A stretch of 64,000 nt of DNA from a phage. The notes under the pieces are model-generated. The model was not told the origin of the DNA and did no database searches. It saw only the letters and a program-made list of their open reading frames with translations. The position numbers and the translations under genes were made by a program. Shown here in pieces: positions 53,082 to 63,339 of this stretch (the stretch's first letter is position 1; the number at the start of each line of letters is the position of its first letter). The DNA lies in the sequence record PZ445487.1; one strand, given 5' to 3'.

Positions 53082-55394
53082 ATGAACGAAATGTTTAGTC
53101 AAGGTGGTAAAGGTTCAACTGGAATCTTAACCAATAAACAAGCAGTAGCCAGACACTTTGGAGTTAAACAATCTGAGGTTGTTTATTTCTCAGTTGGTGT
53201 AGATTTAGGTGGGTATAAAGTTATCTATGACAAGGAAACGCAAAGAGCTTATTCCTTACCTGTTGGTATTGCTTCTGGTACTACTGCCGTCAGTCTTAGT
53301 ACTGCTGCTGTACTTGTACATTCAGCAGGTTCTGTAGACTTAGGTTCATTAGCTGTATCTAGGGAAGAATATGTAACTTTACCTGGTTCATTTGATTCTG
53401 GTTCTACGCTTAATGTTAAAAATGAATTACTTACTTATACGGATGGTAAGTATCGCTGGGATGGGATACTACCTAAAACTGTAGCTCCTGGTTCAACTCC
53501 TGCATCAACTGGCGGCGTTGGTTTAGGCGCGTGGATTAGTGTTGGTGATGCTTCTTTGAGAACACAACTGGCAAACGGCGATGGCTCGTTGATTGGAATT
53601 CATCCACAGGGAACGCTAAATAATGTATTAACTGTACGCACACCTGAACAGTACAATGCGGTAGGCGACGGAATAGCTGACGACACTTCAAAATTAAAAG
53701 AAATGCTTTCAGATATAAACAACGTTCCTGAAACACTTCCTGATGCTGCGGCTGTAAACTCATACATGGAGCAAGTAGCAGTAAAAATTGACCTGACCAA
53801 GTTATACCGTTTCACGGAGACGCTATACATACCACCAGGTGTTTCAATTGAAATACCAACATCAAACTTTTTTACTCGTGAGTGTAAGCAAGGATTGTTT
53901 TATGACCCAGTAGATAAGAATACAGCAGCAATTAGCTTAATGGTGTACCGTAAACAGCCAGATGGTTCATACAAACTCAATAAAGATGTAGATTATTATC
54001 CTACTGGGTTAGATATTGATAATGGGGATGCTATAACATGTGCCAGAAAAATTGATATTAATAACCTTAACCTGATTACAGCACCGGGTGTAAAGGTCGG
54101 TGTTAAATGGATAGGTGGGGCAGGTTGCACTACAAAAGGGTTATCCATTGGGGAGAATACAGGGAGCGATATTACAACAGCAAGACTGCCAAGAGTAGGA
54201 TTATTGCAGTCAGCATCATGGGGTTCTATTCATGAAAATCTACGTATCCTGTATAAAACTCAGGGCGCAGTGTTCATTGACTCTAATGGCGGGGCTGCTG
54301 TAAACAATGCTTACATTTCTCGCCTTGGTAATACTAATGGTGAGTTGGAACAAGCGGTGTATAAACCAGCAGGGTTTACTGAGGTAGGTGATGTTGCCGT
54401 CACTCAGTTTGCAGGTTCAGAGGTTAAGTTTAATAGCCCAATCATCGAACAAGCATCCTTCGACTTTGTTCACGCTGGTCGGGATACTGATTCCTATGGT
54501 TTATTTATGGTTGATAAACCCCATATTGAGTCATCTGGCGGGAAGAAAAAACATAGCTTCTATCTTATCAATACCAGTTCGAATGTTACGTTGTCAGGAG
54601 TAGGTCTTTCAGGACAAGACCCTGATTTGGATAGCATGTACTTCCTTAAAAACTGTCCAGAAACTGCCAGAAATGTTGTTAGAGGACAAATGCCAATAAG
54701 TGGCGTAAAACTCGTTAGGGGTACTGGTAATTACCCCACATTGGTACTCGACTGTACAAATATGGGAAGTCAATTCCAATTTGGAGAAGTTGGTGACATT
54801 TTCTATATCAAAGATGTTGTTGGTGTAAAAGCAGATACTCTTTATATAGACCCAGTGAATGGTAATAATTATAACTGGGGGACCAATGGGACTAAACCTA
54901 TACGGGAATTAACTAATATTGCAAAGATATGCCAGCTTTTTAGATGTAAAAGTGTTTATCTTAATGCTGGAGAATCAGTTATTACATCTAACACAGAATT
55001 GCCTATGGTGGTGTTTGAAGGTCCTGGAAGCTTAAAAGCAAATTCTGGTAGTAGTTTCCTTATTAAAGCAGGTGGCACATTATCACTAATTGGCCTTTCT
55101 GGAATATCTACAGATGGTGGTCATATGTTCAGGGTGTCCACAGTAGAGAAGGTAAATATACACACAAACTGTTCAGTTAATGCTGGTGCGGCTTATGTTG
55201 TTCTAAGTGAGGTTCAAGGTAATATTGAATACAGGCAATTATTTTATTCAGTAAACTGTTCTAAGTATATTGGTGCAACTGCTGGACAAACTATCGCTGG
55301 TATTATGGTTAAGACTGCAACAAGACCGACAGGAATCGATGCTGCTCCAGTTGATGGTAATGTTTCTCTAACCTATAAAATTATAGAATCATAA
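53082..55394 (+). CDS. tailspike protein TSP1-like (770 aa)
   Basis: Size equals the 770 aa I recall for CBA120 TSP1; shared N-terminal module (VKQSEVVYF...AVSREEYVTL...GKYRWDG). Confidence 0.8.
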   Translation: MNEMFSQGGKGSTGILTNKQAVARHFGVKQSEVVYFSVGVDLGGYKVIYDKETQRAYSLPVGIASGTTAVSLSTAAVLVHSAGSVDLGSLAVSREEYVTLPGSFDSGSTLNVKNELLTYTDGKYRWDGILPKTVAPGSTPASTGGVGLGAWISVGDASLRTQLANGDGSLIGIHPQGTLNNVLTVRTPEQYNAVGDGIADDTSKLKEMLSDINNVPETLPDAAAVNSYMEQVAVKIDLTKLYRFTETLYIPPGVSIEIPTSNFFTRECKQGLFYDPVDKNTAAISLMVYRKQPDGSYKLNKDVDYYPTGLDIDNGDAITCARKIDINNLNLITAPGVKVGVKWIGGAGCTTKGLSIGENTGSDITTARLPRVGLLQSASWGSIHENLRILYKTQGAVFIDSNGGAAVNNAYISRLGNTNGELEQAVYKPAGFTEVGDVAVTQFAGSEVKFNSPIIEQASFDFVHAGRDTDSYGLFMVDKPHIESSGGKKKHSFYLINTSSNVTLSGVGLSGQDPDLDSMYFLKNCPETARNVVRGQMPISGVKLVRGTGNYPTLVLDCTNMGSQFQFGEVGDIFYIKDVVGVKADTLYIDPVNGNNYNWGTNGTKPIRELTNIAKICQLFRCKSVYLNAGESVITSNTELPMVVFEGPGSLKANSGSSFLIKAGGTLSLIGLSGISTDGGHMFRVSTVEKVNIHTNCSVNAGAAYVVLSEVQGNIEYRQLFYSVNCSKYIGATAGQTIAGIMVKTATRPTGIDAAPVDGNVSLTYKIIES

Positions 55395-55395
55395 T

Positions 55396-55425
55396 AAAAA
55401 CCCCGCTTCGGCGGGGTTTTTATTT
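55396..55425 (+). terminator. strong rho-independent terminator (aaaaaccccgc-ttcg-gcggggttttt)
   Basis: Perfect GC stem plus U-tract after the TSP1 stop. Confidence 0.7.
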
Positions 55426-55448
55426 CTATCCTGTTTGTTGGCTGTATA

Positions 55449-55459
55449 CTAAATATCTC
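55449..55459 (+). promoter_or_regulatory. late-promoter-like motif CTAAATAtCtc upstream of the 1612-aa gene
   Basis: Motif family as above. Confidence 0.4.
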
Positions 55460-55488
55460 TATAAAATGGCACTCTATGGAGCATCAAA

Positions 55489-58400
55489 ATGCAATCTACA
55501 AATTTAAACCGTCGCCCGTATTGGGATGACTGGAATCCTGGGAAACGTTTTTCACGGATTCTTTTTCGTCCGATGCCTATCAAGGTTCAGACTCGCGAAC
55601 TGAACCAGATGCAGACTATTCTTCAGGATCAAATTGAAAAACTGGGCAACCATTTGTTCAAAGATGGTTCTATGGTTATCCCTGGCGGTTTGACGATCAC
55701 TAACGCCGCAGTCTCTTTGAAATTCACTTTGGCGGGTGGTACTGAATTCACCGATCTGGAAGGTATTTCTGAACTCTACGTTTTGGGGAAAGACAATAAC
55801 GCCAAAGCGCGTGTGTTGTCTCTTGAACGTGATCTGTCTGCTCCTGATACGATGTTAGCCATCCTTGAGATGACTGAAGCGGGTAATGCTGACGGATTCC
55901 ATGTTAACGATAATCTGTATTTCCAGACTTACGACGTGAATGATAATTTCATTCGTATTGGTTATGGTATCGCAGCTGCGGTGACTGGTTCTATCGTTGC
56001 TCGTATGACGAAAGGCGTTTACTTCATTCGTGGGATGTTCCTAGACGTTGATGACGCGACTCTTATCGTTGATAAAACTTCGAACACGTCTTCCCACCGC
56101 GTCGGATTTAAAGTCACTGAAACCATCGTGACTGAATCTGAAGACGAATCCCTTTATTCAAATGCTCAGGGAACGATTAACTCCAAAGCCCCAGGCGCTC
56201 ATCGTCTTCGAATAGATCTGGTCTTATCCCGATTTGACTATGACGCGGTGGTTGAAGACTTTGTTGAATTGGCCAAAGTCCGTGATGGTAAAATCCAGTC
56301 TATGGTGACTCAGTCTACCTATAATATTCTGGAAGACACGTTAGCCCAACGGACTTATGAAACCAATGGCGATTACAACGTTTCAACCCATCAGATCGAC
56401 ATCCGCGAACACCTGAAAGTCAATAACAATGGTGGTGTATTCAATGCTGCTGATGGCGGTGACGAAAGTAAATTCGTGTCTGTAATGAAACCAGGTATTT
56501 CCTATGTTCGTGGTCGCCGTATCGAAAACGTCGGGGAAGAGTTGGTGATCGTTGATAAGGCGCGGGATACCGATGTCCTGAACAACACTCCTGTTGCGGT
56601 GGCCACAGGCAATTATCTGGTCACTAAGAATTCTAAAGGTGTGCCAGTGATATCCCGCACCGTCCGATACAAATTACTGAATGCTTCAGGCGTTACCCAG
56701 GCTACAGCACTTTGTATATCAGCTGAACGTAATTCAACAGAATTTCGTCTGTATATGCGCGACCTGGTCGTTACTGGCGATGCATCCACTATCACCAAAG
56801 TGTCTTACGAAGAAAGCGGTATCACCATGTTCTCTGCTGAACTGGAATCCAATCAGTTTAACCAGAGTTCTATGATAGATCTGATCTTCTCTCTTCCGGT
56901 ATTCGGTGTCAAGACTTTAGCACCAACTGGCTCCGTGGATATCAACTACACTGTTCTCAGAACGTATAAAGTGACGTTGGACAACAGCGGCGCGGGTTCT
57001 ATTTCTGCTCCATTGGGATATAGTTTTTCCCCAGAATTTTCGTTATACTCTGCAGCGAAATCAGATGGTTCGGAAGCGCAGTTCGATATCTCTGGTTCTT
57101 TGTCTTTGACTGGTTCTCCGGTCGGTTCGGCGCTGCAGATTTCTCTGGGCAGTGGTAATGCTAACCAGTCAATCAATTTGCTGGCGCTGATGATTCGTAC
57201 CACGGCCACAATCAAAACGAAGACCATCACTGAAACAACTGAAACAGTGACGTTCACCTCGCAGACTAGCCGCCCTTTGGCGAATCACGATGGTTGGAAA
57301 TTGGTGTCGGTCAAAAACGATACTGGCGCAGACGTGACCTCCAGCTTCGTCCTAGATGGCGGACAGCGTGATGCAGGGTATTACAAGTCTAACTTGTTAT
57401 CCAGCGCTGGAGCAATCTCAGGGACGTATACAGTGGTGTATCAATACTTCGCCCACAGTTCCGGTGATTTCTTCTCTGCTGATTCGTATACTTCGATGGA
57501 TTATAAAGATATCCCGAATTATACATCTTCTACATCAGGCGCGGTGTACGGCCTGGCAGATAGTTTGGATTTCCGTCCGAAAATCACCAACGGAACTTCT
57601 GACACAGATATGGTTCGTCCAAACACTGCAGTTATTCTGGACACAGAATATTATCTGCCGCGTATTGACGCGATTTATCTGGCAGACAACGGCGTGTTCG
57701 GAGTGGCTCGTGGCATCAGTTCGAACAATCTGGCTTCTCCAGCAATCCCAGCGAACGCCATGCGTTTGTATGAATTGTTGATCCCGCCGTATACACCGAA
57801 TATTGATGATATTCAAATTCGAACTATTGATAATCGTCGTTATACGATGCGCGATATTGGTAAACTGGAAACCCGTATTTCCAATGTTGAATACTATACC
57901 TCTCTATCACAGCTGGAATCTTCAGCGATGACACAGCAAGTGTTCGACCCCATCACGGGCAATCCCCGTTTCAAAAATGGTATTGCAGCTGATCCGTTCA
58001 AAGACTTCCGGTTGATTGATGACTTGTCTGAAGATTGGATGGGTTCTATCGATACCGAAAACGGACGTCTACGCCCGTTTGTACAACAGAACGTTGTTGA
58101 CATGACTCCTGTTGGCTGGAACAAAGTGATGGATGGGATGGTGGTTTGTAATTACACGCCTGAAATCTCAGTGAACCAAGAATATGCGACGACGACGATC
58201 AACGTTAACCCGTATGCAGTATTCAATTGGGAAGGTTTCTTGAAGATTAACCCGACCACAGACTACTGGTTCGAAAACTATTATGTTGCGCCGCGTATTA
58301 TCAATGAAACGATCAACACCCGTGGTACTGTACAAGAAGGTTCAGTGTACGGAACATGGCGTACTGTTTCTGTTTCTGATCGTGTTTGGGAACCGCATGG

Positions 58401-60327
58401 TGCTGGTGGTGTGTGGTGGGGATATCGTTACCGCACGACTGTTTCTGCCCGTGATGTCACCACATATACATACACGGACAAAACAACCACGACCATGACT
58501 GGTGAACAGATTGTGGAGACGCAAGTTATCCCATACATGCGCGAGATCGATATTTCTTTCGACGCATCTGGGCTGCGACCTTTCACTCGTATGTATGCGT
58601 TCTTCTCTGGTCGTGACGTCAATCTGTATTGCAAACCGAATGGCGGTAATTTCGGAGACCCAATCACCACTGATGCCAATGGTGCTGTTAAGGGTGTATT
58701 CCGCGTTCCACAGAACGATACAATCAAGTTCAACACAGGCGACAACGTGTTCCGCTTAACGGATAGCCCTGTTGACAGTAAATCTGCGGATGATACACTG
58801 ACCAATGCAGAAATTGTTCATAAATCTTTCGGTAAGAAACAAGGTATTCAAAAGACCTTTGTCAACACTCGTGTCCTGGGTTACACTGCCAGTACTCGCA
58901 CCGAAACCAGCACTTCTGAAGTTGTGGTCGACCAATGGCGTGATCCGATTGCCCAATCGTTTATGGTGGCGACTAAGAATGGCGGCGAGTATATCGAAGG
59001 CGTGGAAGTATTCTTCTCTACCAAGTCACGTGATGTTCCGATCACTCTGGAAATTCGAGAGATGGAGAATGGCTTACCTTCTCACACAGTCATTACTCGT
59101 AAGACTTTGAACCCATCTGAAGTGACGATCTCTACAGACTCTTCCGGCGGTACGAAGTTCACCTTTGATTATCCGGTGTATCTGCAAGCATCTACTGAGT
59201 TTGCTATCGTTTTGTTGGCGAATACCCAGGATTACAACGCGTATATCGCGGAAATGGGCAAGAAAAACCTTCTGTCCAACGAATATATCGCCAAACAACC
59301 GTATACAGGGGTGTTCTTCACTTCTTCAAACGGTTCTACATGGTCTCCAAACCAAATGGCTGATATGAAATTCCGCATATATCGTTGTAACTTCGCTGCG
59401 GGGCAGAACGTTGTAACATTTGATCCGAAGCTCGGGCCAAAACAACGTCCGTTGGGATTGAATACTCTGAACTGCGTAAGCGGGTCTTCTGTTGTGACTG
59501 TGTTTGCACCTGGTCATGGTTTGGTTGCTGGGAACAATGTCACTCTTTCTGAATTGACAGGCGGTTGTGGCTTTACTCCTGAACAACTTAACAAAACGTT
59601 TACTGTGACAGATGCGAGCTATACTTCATTCAAGATTGACGTCGGTACGGCAGCAGACAGCAATGGACAAATCGGTGGAGATAATGCTTCTTTCTTGGGC
59701 AATTATCTGGTTGATATGTTCTATGCCAGCGTTACCAATTCGGCTCTGGAAGGTTCAATTCTGAAATTGGAATACCGTTATCGCGATGCCACTTCAAATT
59801 CTATGTCTGATTGGGCTGAGTTTGAAACTGACACTGACGTGGCATTGCCGACTGAAGGTATCTATCGTCAGGTCGGGGATTTCCAAATCCGAGCCACCAT
59901 GACGCGTAGTGAAAACAACGTGTACACTGCTCCAATGATTGATGGCGATGACCTGAGCGTAATCTTCAACTCATACGGTGTGGATCCATTTGAAGATGTC
60001 TTCAAATACGTGACAAAGGACATCGGATTTGATAATCCGTGTTCTACTGTGAAGTTGTTCTTTGGTGCAATGCTCCCATCTCAGTCTTCGATGAAGGTGC
60101 AGGTGAAACTTCTACGAGCAGGGCAAGAGATGGATAGTGTGGCTTGGGAAGACGTCACCCCAACTTCGCCTCTGGTTAACGACGGTTCCACATTCTTTGA
60201 ATATGAGTATGACAAGACTGTGGCGAGCAATAACCCGTTTGTTGGCCTGAAAGTCCGAGCGCTTGTACGGGGGAACCGCGTTGCTCCTCCTTCATTTAAA
60301 GACTTCCGTCTTATTGCTCTGGCATAA
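55489..60327 (+). CDS. large virion structural protein (1612 aa; putative baseplate or tail-associated)
   Basis: Single long ORF with GGAG RBS in the late structural module between tailspikes and neck genes; function inferred from position only. Confidence 0.75.
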   Translation: MQSTNLNRRPYWDDWNPGKRFSRILFRPMPIKVQTRELNQMQTILQDQIEKLGNHLFKDGSMVIPGGLTITNAAVSLKFTLAGGTEFTDLEGISELYVLGKDNNAKARVLSLERDLSAPDTMLAILEMTEAGNADGFHVNDNLYFQTYDVNDNFIRIGYGIAAAVTGSIVARMTKGVYFIRGMFLDVDDATLIVDKTSNTSSHRVGFKVTETIVTESEDESLYSNAQGTINSKAPGAHRLRIDLVLSRFDYDAVVEDFVELAKVRDGKIQSMVTQSTYNILEDTLAQRTYETNGDYNVSTHQIDIREHLKVNNNGGVFNAADGGDESKFVSVMKPGISYVRGRRIENVGEELVIVDKARDTDVLNNTPVAVATGNYLVTKNSKGVPVISRTVRYKLLNASGVTQATALCISAERNSTEFRLYMRDLVVTGDASTITKVSYEESGITMFSAELESNQFNQSSMIDLIFSLPVFGVKTLAPTGSVDINYTVLRTYKVTLDNSGAGSISAPLGYSFSPEFSLYSAAKSDGSEAQFDISGSLSLTGSPVGSALQISLGSGNANQSINLLALMIRTTATIKTKTITETTETVTFTSQTSRPLANHDGWKLVSVKNDTGADVTSSFVLDGGQRDAGYYKSNLLSSAGAISGTYTVVYQYFAHSSGDFFSADSYTSMDYKDIPNYTSSTSGAVYGLADSLDFRPKITNGTSDTDMVRPNTAVILDTEYYLPRIDAIYLADNGVFGVARGISSNNLASPAIPANAMRLYELLIPPYTPNIDDIQIRTIDNRRYTMRDIGKLETRISNVEYYTSLSQLESSAMTQQVFDPITGNPRFKNGIAADPFKDFRLIDDLSEDWMGSIDTENGRLRPFVQQNVVDMTPVGWNKVMDGMVVCNYTPEISVNQEYATTTINVNPYAVFNWEGFLKINPTTDYWFENYYVAPRIINETINTRGTVQEGSVYGTWRTVSVSDRVWEPHGAGGVWWGYRYRTTVSARDVTTYTYTDKTTTTMTGEQIVETQVIPYMREIDISFDASGLRPFTRMYAFFSGRDVNLYCKPNGGNFGDPITTDANGAVKGVFRVPQNDTIKFNTGDNVFRLTDSPVDSKSADDTLTNAEIVHKSFGKKQGIQKTFVNTRVLGYTASTRTETSTSEVVVDQWRDPIAQSFMVATKNGGEYIEGVEVFFSTKSRDVPITLEIREMENGLPSHTVITRKTLNPSEVTISTDSSGGTKFTFDYPVYLQASTEFAIVLLANTQDYNAYIAEMGKKNLLSNEYIAKQPYTGVFFTSSNGSTWSPNQMADMKFRIYRCNFAAGQNVVTFDPKLGPKQRPLGLNTLNCVSGSSVVTVFAPGHGLVAGNNVTLSELTGGCGFTPEQLNKTFTVTDASYTSFKIDVGTAADSNGQIGGDNASFLGNYLVDMFYASVTNSALEGSILKLEYRYRDATSNSMSDWAEFETDTDVALPTEGIYRQVGDFQIRATMTRSENNVYTAPMIDGDDLSVIFNSYGVDPFEDVFKYVTKDIGFDNPCSTVKLFFGAMLPSQSSMKVQVKLLRAGQEMDSVAWEDVTPTSPLVNDGSTFFEYEYDKTVASNNPFVGLKVRALVRGNRVAPPSFKDFRLIALA

Positions 60328-60379
60328 ATAATGTTGAAAGGTGGGCGTAAAGCCCACCAAACCAATAGAGGATAAAGAT

Positions 60380-60628
60380 ATGCGTGGAGTGAAAGTACAG
60401 GGGCACGCATCCATGTTGAGAAGCAGTTCTTGCCCTGGCGCGATTATTTGCACCGATCACGCCGCTGGCATGGCTGCATTGCAAGCCCGTCAACGCAATG
60501 AAACTCGTGAAGCCACCATTGTTGAACAATCAAACCAGATATCTAATCTGGAGGCGACAATCAAAATGATGGCCGAAAAGTTGGGGATCGAAATCCCCGA
60601 AGGAGGTCAGAATGGCGACGCAAGCTGA
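60380..60628 (+). CDS. hypothetical protein (82 aa)
   Basis: Start moved to ATG 60380 (GAGGA at 7 nt). Confidence 0.45.
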   Translation: MRGVKVQGHASMLRSSSCPGAIICTDHAAGMAALQARQRNETREATIVEQSNQISNLEATIKMMAEKLGIEIPEGGQNGDAS

Positions 60629-60953
60629 AAGAACGGGGCTTGACATCCGTGGTATCTTAACCGCTGTCGTGGCTTCTGCATTGGTCTCGGCAGCATCGTT
60701 CCTTTGGTTCATGGGCGGGATGGAAACGCGCGTGAATGTATTGGAACGAGATTCCAACAAGATGGATCAAGTTCTTCAGAAAGTGAATGACATGAGTGAA
60801 CGTATGGCGATCATGAATACTGACCTCGCATATGTCAAACAAAACATGGCTGAGTTAAAACTCAATAGCAGCAGTCTTTCAGATGATGTTCGCACACTGC
60901 GGATTACTGTATCTGATTTGCAGCAAAAGGGGAATAACAATGGCCGTCAATAA
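60612..60953 (+). CDS. membrane-anchored coiled-coil protein (113 aa)
   Basis: GAAGGAGG RBS; TM helix ILTAVVASALVSAASFLWF followed by heptad-like segment. Confidence 0.5.
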   Translation: MATQAERTGLDIRGILTAVVASALVSAASFLWFMGGMETRVNVLERDSNKMDQVLQKVNDMSERMAIMNTDLAYVKQNMAELKLNSSSLSDDVRTLRITVSDLQQKGNNNGRQ

Positions 60954-61692
60954 GATTCGAGACAAAAAATCTTTTATGAATTATGTCTTGCGTAAATTGG
61001 GCGCTCCTGTGATCCAAATTAACCTTGACAGTTCACAAGTCGAAGATGCAGTCGATGATGCTCTGCAGAAATTTTGGGAATATCATCGTGATGGTAGCCA
61101 AGATGCGTTCTTCCTGTACCAAGTTAAACAAGAAGATATCGACAAGGGATATATAGAATTTCCCGATGATATTGACGATGTGATTGAAGTTATCCCTGGA
61201 CCTCCTATTGAGTCAATCGGAAACTGGGCAACTCCTCAATGGCAAATGGCTCAAGCAATGCTTGTCCCCAAAGCAGCGCTGGTTTCTATTCGTCTCATTG
61301 ATTATGTTTCCATGCAACAACGCCTGTCGGATATCACAAGCGTCTTAAATGTTCGCCGTAATTTTGTGTACAAGAAGTTCCAGCGACGCCTTTACCCGCA
61401 GTTTGCTGCCATTGTTGATGAAACCCTGGCTTTTCGTTGTTATCAAAATATCGACCCCGAATCGGAAGAAAACGCTGAAGCATGGAATGATATGTGGTTG
61501 AAAGCGTATGCGACTGCATTGGTCAAGCGCCGTTGGGCAGAGGTGCTTAAGAAGGCAAGAGGCATCCGTCTCCCTGGTGGTATCGAACTGGATGGTGATA
61601 GTATGTTCAGTGAGGCCGAGACCGAGATAGAGCGGTTGGAGGAAGAATTGCGTACTGGCCAGCAATACCCTATCGATTTTATGATGGGATAA
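60940..61692 (+). CDS. 13: neck protein (T4 gp13-like)
   Basis: Start ATG 60940; MNYVLRKLGAPVIQINLDSSQVEDAVDDALQKFWEYHRDG parallels the T4 gp13 N-terminus, and C-terminal LPGGIELDG...EIERLEEEL parallels the gp13 C-terminus. Confidence 0.75.
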   Translation: MAVNKIRDKKSFMNYVLRKLGAPVIQINLDSSQVEDAVDDALQKFWEYHRDGSQDAFFLYQVKQEDIDKGYIEFPDDIDDVIEVIPGPPIESIGNWATPQWQMAQAMLVPKAALVSIRLIDYVSMQQRLSDITSVLNVRRNFVYKKFQRRLYPQFAAIVDETLAFRCYQNIDPESEENAEAWNDMWLKAYATALVKRRWAEVLKKARGIRLPGGIELDGDSMFSEAETEIERLEEELRTGQQYPIDFMMG

Positions 61693-61695
61693 GAG

Positions 61696-61722
61696 AAGGC
61701 GGGATAACCCGCCTTTCTTTTT
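61696..61722. terminator. bidirectional terminator hairpin (aaggcggg-ataa-cccgcctt plus T-run)
   Basis: Between convergent gp13 (+) and gene 61721..61933 (-). Confidence 0.55.
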
Positions 61723-61933
61723 ATAACTTGATGTCGCGTCCGGAAGGATCTGAATTTGCTAGAATATAACCATCAACCACGTTCTTTTCGTCCCACCATT
61801 CAATAAAATCATTTCCCTTTTCGCCTTTGATAAGACCCACAATGTTATATGAACCATCGGCGATTTTAGCATCTACACAGATAATTCTCACACGCCTTCC
61901 GTCACGAGTTTCTTTAATATCTTCAACCTTCAT
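61721..61933 (-). CDS. small hypothetical protein (70 aa) on the opposite strand inside the late module
   Basis: ATG 61933 with GAGGAA at 8 nt; flanked by terminator. Confidence 0.45.
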   Translation of the reverse strand: MKVEDIKETRDGRRVRIICVDAKIADGSYNIVGLIKGEKGNDFIEWWDEKNVVDGYILANSDPSGRDIKL

Positions 61934-61964
61934 TTATCAATTCCTCAAAAGAATTAATGATTGA

Positions 61965-61975
61965 CTAAATACCTT
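61965..61975 (+). promoter_or_regulatory. late-promoter-like motif CTAAATACCtt upstream of gp14
   Basis: Motif family as above. Confidence 0.4.
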
Positions 61976-61994
61976 CAAAATTGAGGGTAAAGTC

Positions 61995-62636
61995 ATGGCT
62001 ACTTCAAAATATTTCAACTATACAGCACATCAAGGTACTCAAAAATTAATTGATGACTTGGTGGTCGAGATGATACAATTGCGTGGGATTGACGTCAAGT
62101 ATATCCCACGTTCTATTGTTGAAAAATACCCAATTTTAAACGAGGCCGAACACAAATTCGACCAAGCGTTTGACATCGAAGTGTATATGCAGGATTATCA
62201 AGGCTTCAACACACAGATGTGGGAAAAGTTCGGCGGTATCCAATTACAAGATGAAGTGACATTCACTATTGCTCGTCGTCGTTTTTCAGAAGTTATTGGT
62301 AATGGTCCAGGCCTTGAACAAATGCCTCAAGAAGGTGATTTGATATATCTGCCTATGGCTAACAAAATATTTAAAGTGAATAACCCGAATAACGATGAAG
62401 AATTCATGCAATTTGGGAAATGGTACACATATTCCCTACCATGTACGTTGTTCCAATACGGTAACGAAGATTTCGATACAGGTGTATCTGAAATAGACGA
62501 TATCGATAAACGATTGCAGGATCTGGAAGGAGACGGTGTGTACAAAGACGCCAGCCTGCAAACGGATAACCAATTTGCGGACGAAATAGAGAAAGATCTT
62601 TCGCCCAATAAAATGAAGATAGACTTCGGGGAATAA
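61995..62636 (+). CDS. 14: neck protein (T4 gp14-like, by position)
   Basis: 213 aa between the gp13-like and gp15-like genes; GAGGG RBS. Confidence 0.55.
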   Translation: MATSKYFNYTAHQGTQKLIDDLVVEMIQLRGIDVKYIPRSIVEKYPILNEAEHKFDQAFDIEVYMQDYQGFNTQMWEKFGGIQLQDEVTFTIARRRFSEVIGNGPGLEQMPQEGDLIYLPMANKIFKVNNPNNDEEFMQFGKWYTYSLPCTLFQYGNEDFDTGVSEIDDIDKRLQDLEGDGVYKDASLQTDNQFADEIEKDLSPNKMKIDFGE

Positions 62637-62638
62637 TC

Positions 62639-63337
62639 ATGGCCAGACCATTTGAAAAATATTTCTATCATGAATCATTGTTGAAATACATACATGTGTT
62701 CAACGCTATCATGTCAGATTTAAAAGTCAAAACCGAACGTGGCTTGATGGAAATCCCGCTGCATATGGCCATTGGCCGCCGTAATGACCTCAACAGGAAC
62801 GTGCCAGCCAATATGCTGCCATTTGCAACAATGTCCTTTGGTCAGTTCGAAATCAATAAACAGGTGACGAAGTCATACCACAACCAAATATCGACCGCTA
62901 CGGCACGGTCCAAACAACGCATTCCGATCATTATAGATTTTGAATACAATATCAGAACTAAAAAATTGGTCGAAATGTTGCAAGTATTAGAACAAATTTA
63001 TTCTGTGTTCACTCCTTCTATTGATTGTCAGATAAAAGACAACGATACTTTATCTCAAGATCAGAACGTGAAGATAATGTTGGTAAATCACACGATTTCT
63101 GACAACTGGGAAGGAGACGCAACAGAATCACCACACATAGATTGTTCATTCAATTTTCAATTACATGGTCACATCTATGGAGAAGATTATTGGGTTGATG
63201 ATGGTTCGGGCGGTGGGGATCCAAACGTCATCAAAGAGATAATTATTGAAATGTCTAATGATTTGAACATGCCATGGTCGGAACTTCCTGAATGGTTCCG
63301 AGTTGATAAAGACGGCATACATCATCCGGAGGATTGA
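62639..63337 (+). CDS. 15: tail sheath stabiliser/completion protein (T4 gp15-like)
   Basis: LLKYIHVFNAIMSDLKVKTE and IIDFEYNIRTKKLVEMLQVLEQIYSVF parallel T4 gp15 segments. Confidence 0.65.
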   Translation: MARPFEKYFYHESLLKYIHVFNAIMSDLKVKTERGLMEIPLHMAIGRRNDLNRNVPANMLPFATMSFGQFEINKQVTKSYHNQISTATARSKQRIPIIIDFEYNIRTKKLVEMLQVLEQIYSVFTPSIDCQIKDNDTLSQDQNVKIMLVNHTISDNWEGDATESPHIDCSFNFQLHGHIYGEDYWVDDGSGGGDPNVIKEIIIEMSNDLNMPWSELPEWFRVDKDGIHHPED

Positions 63338-63339
63338 TC

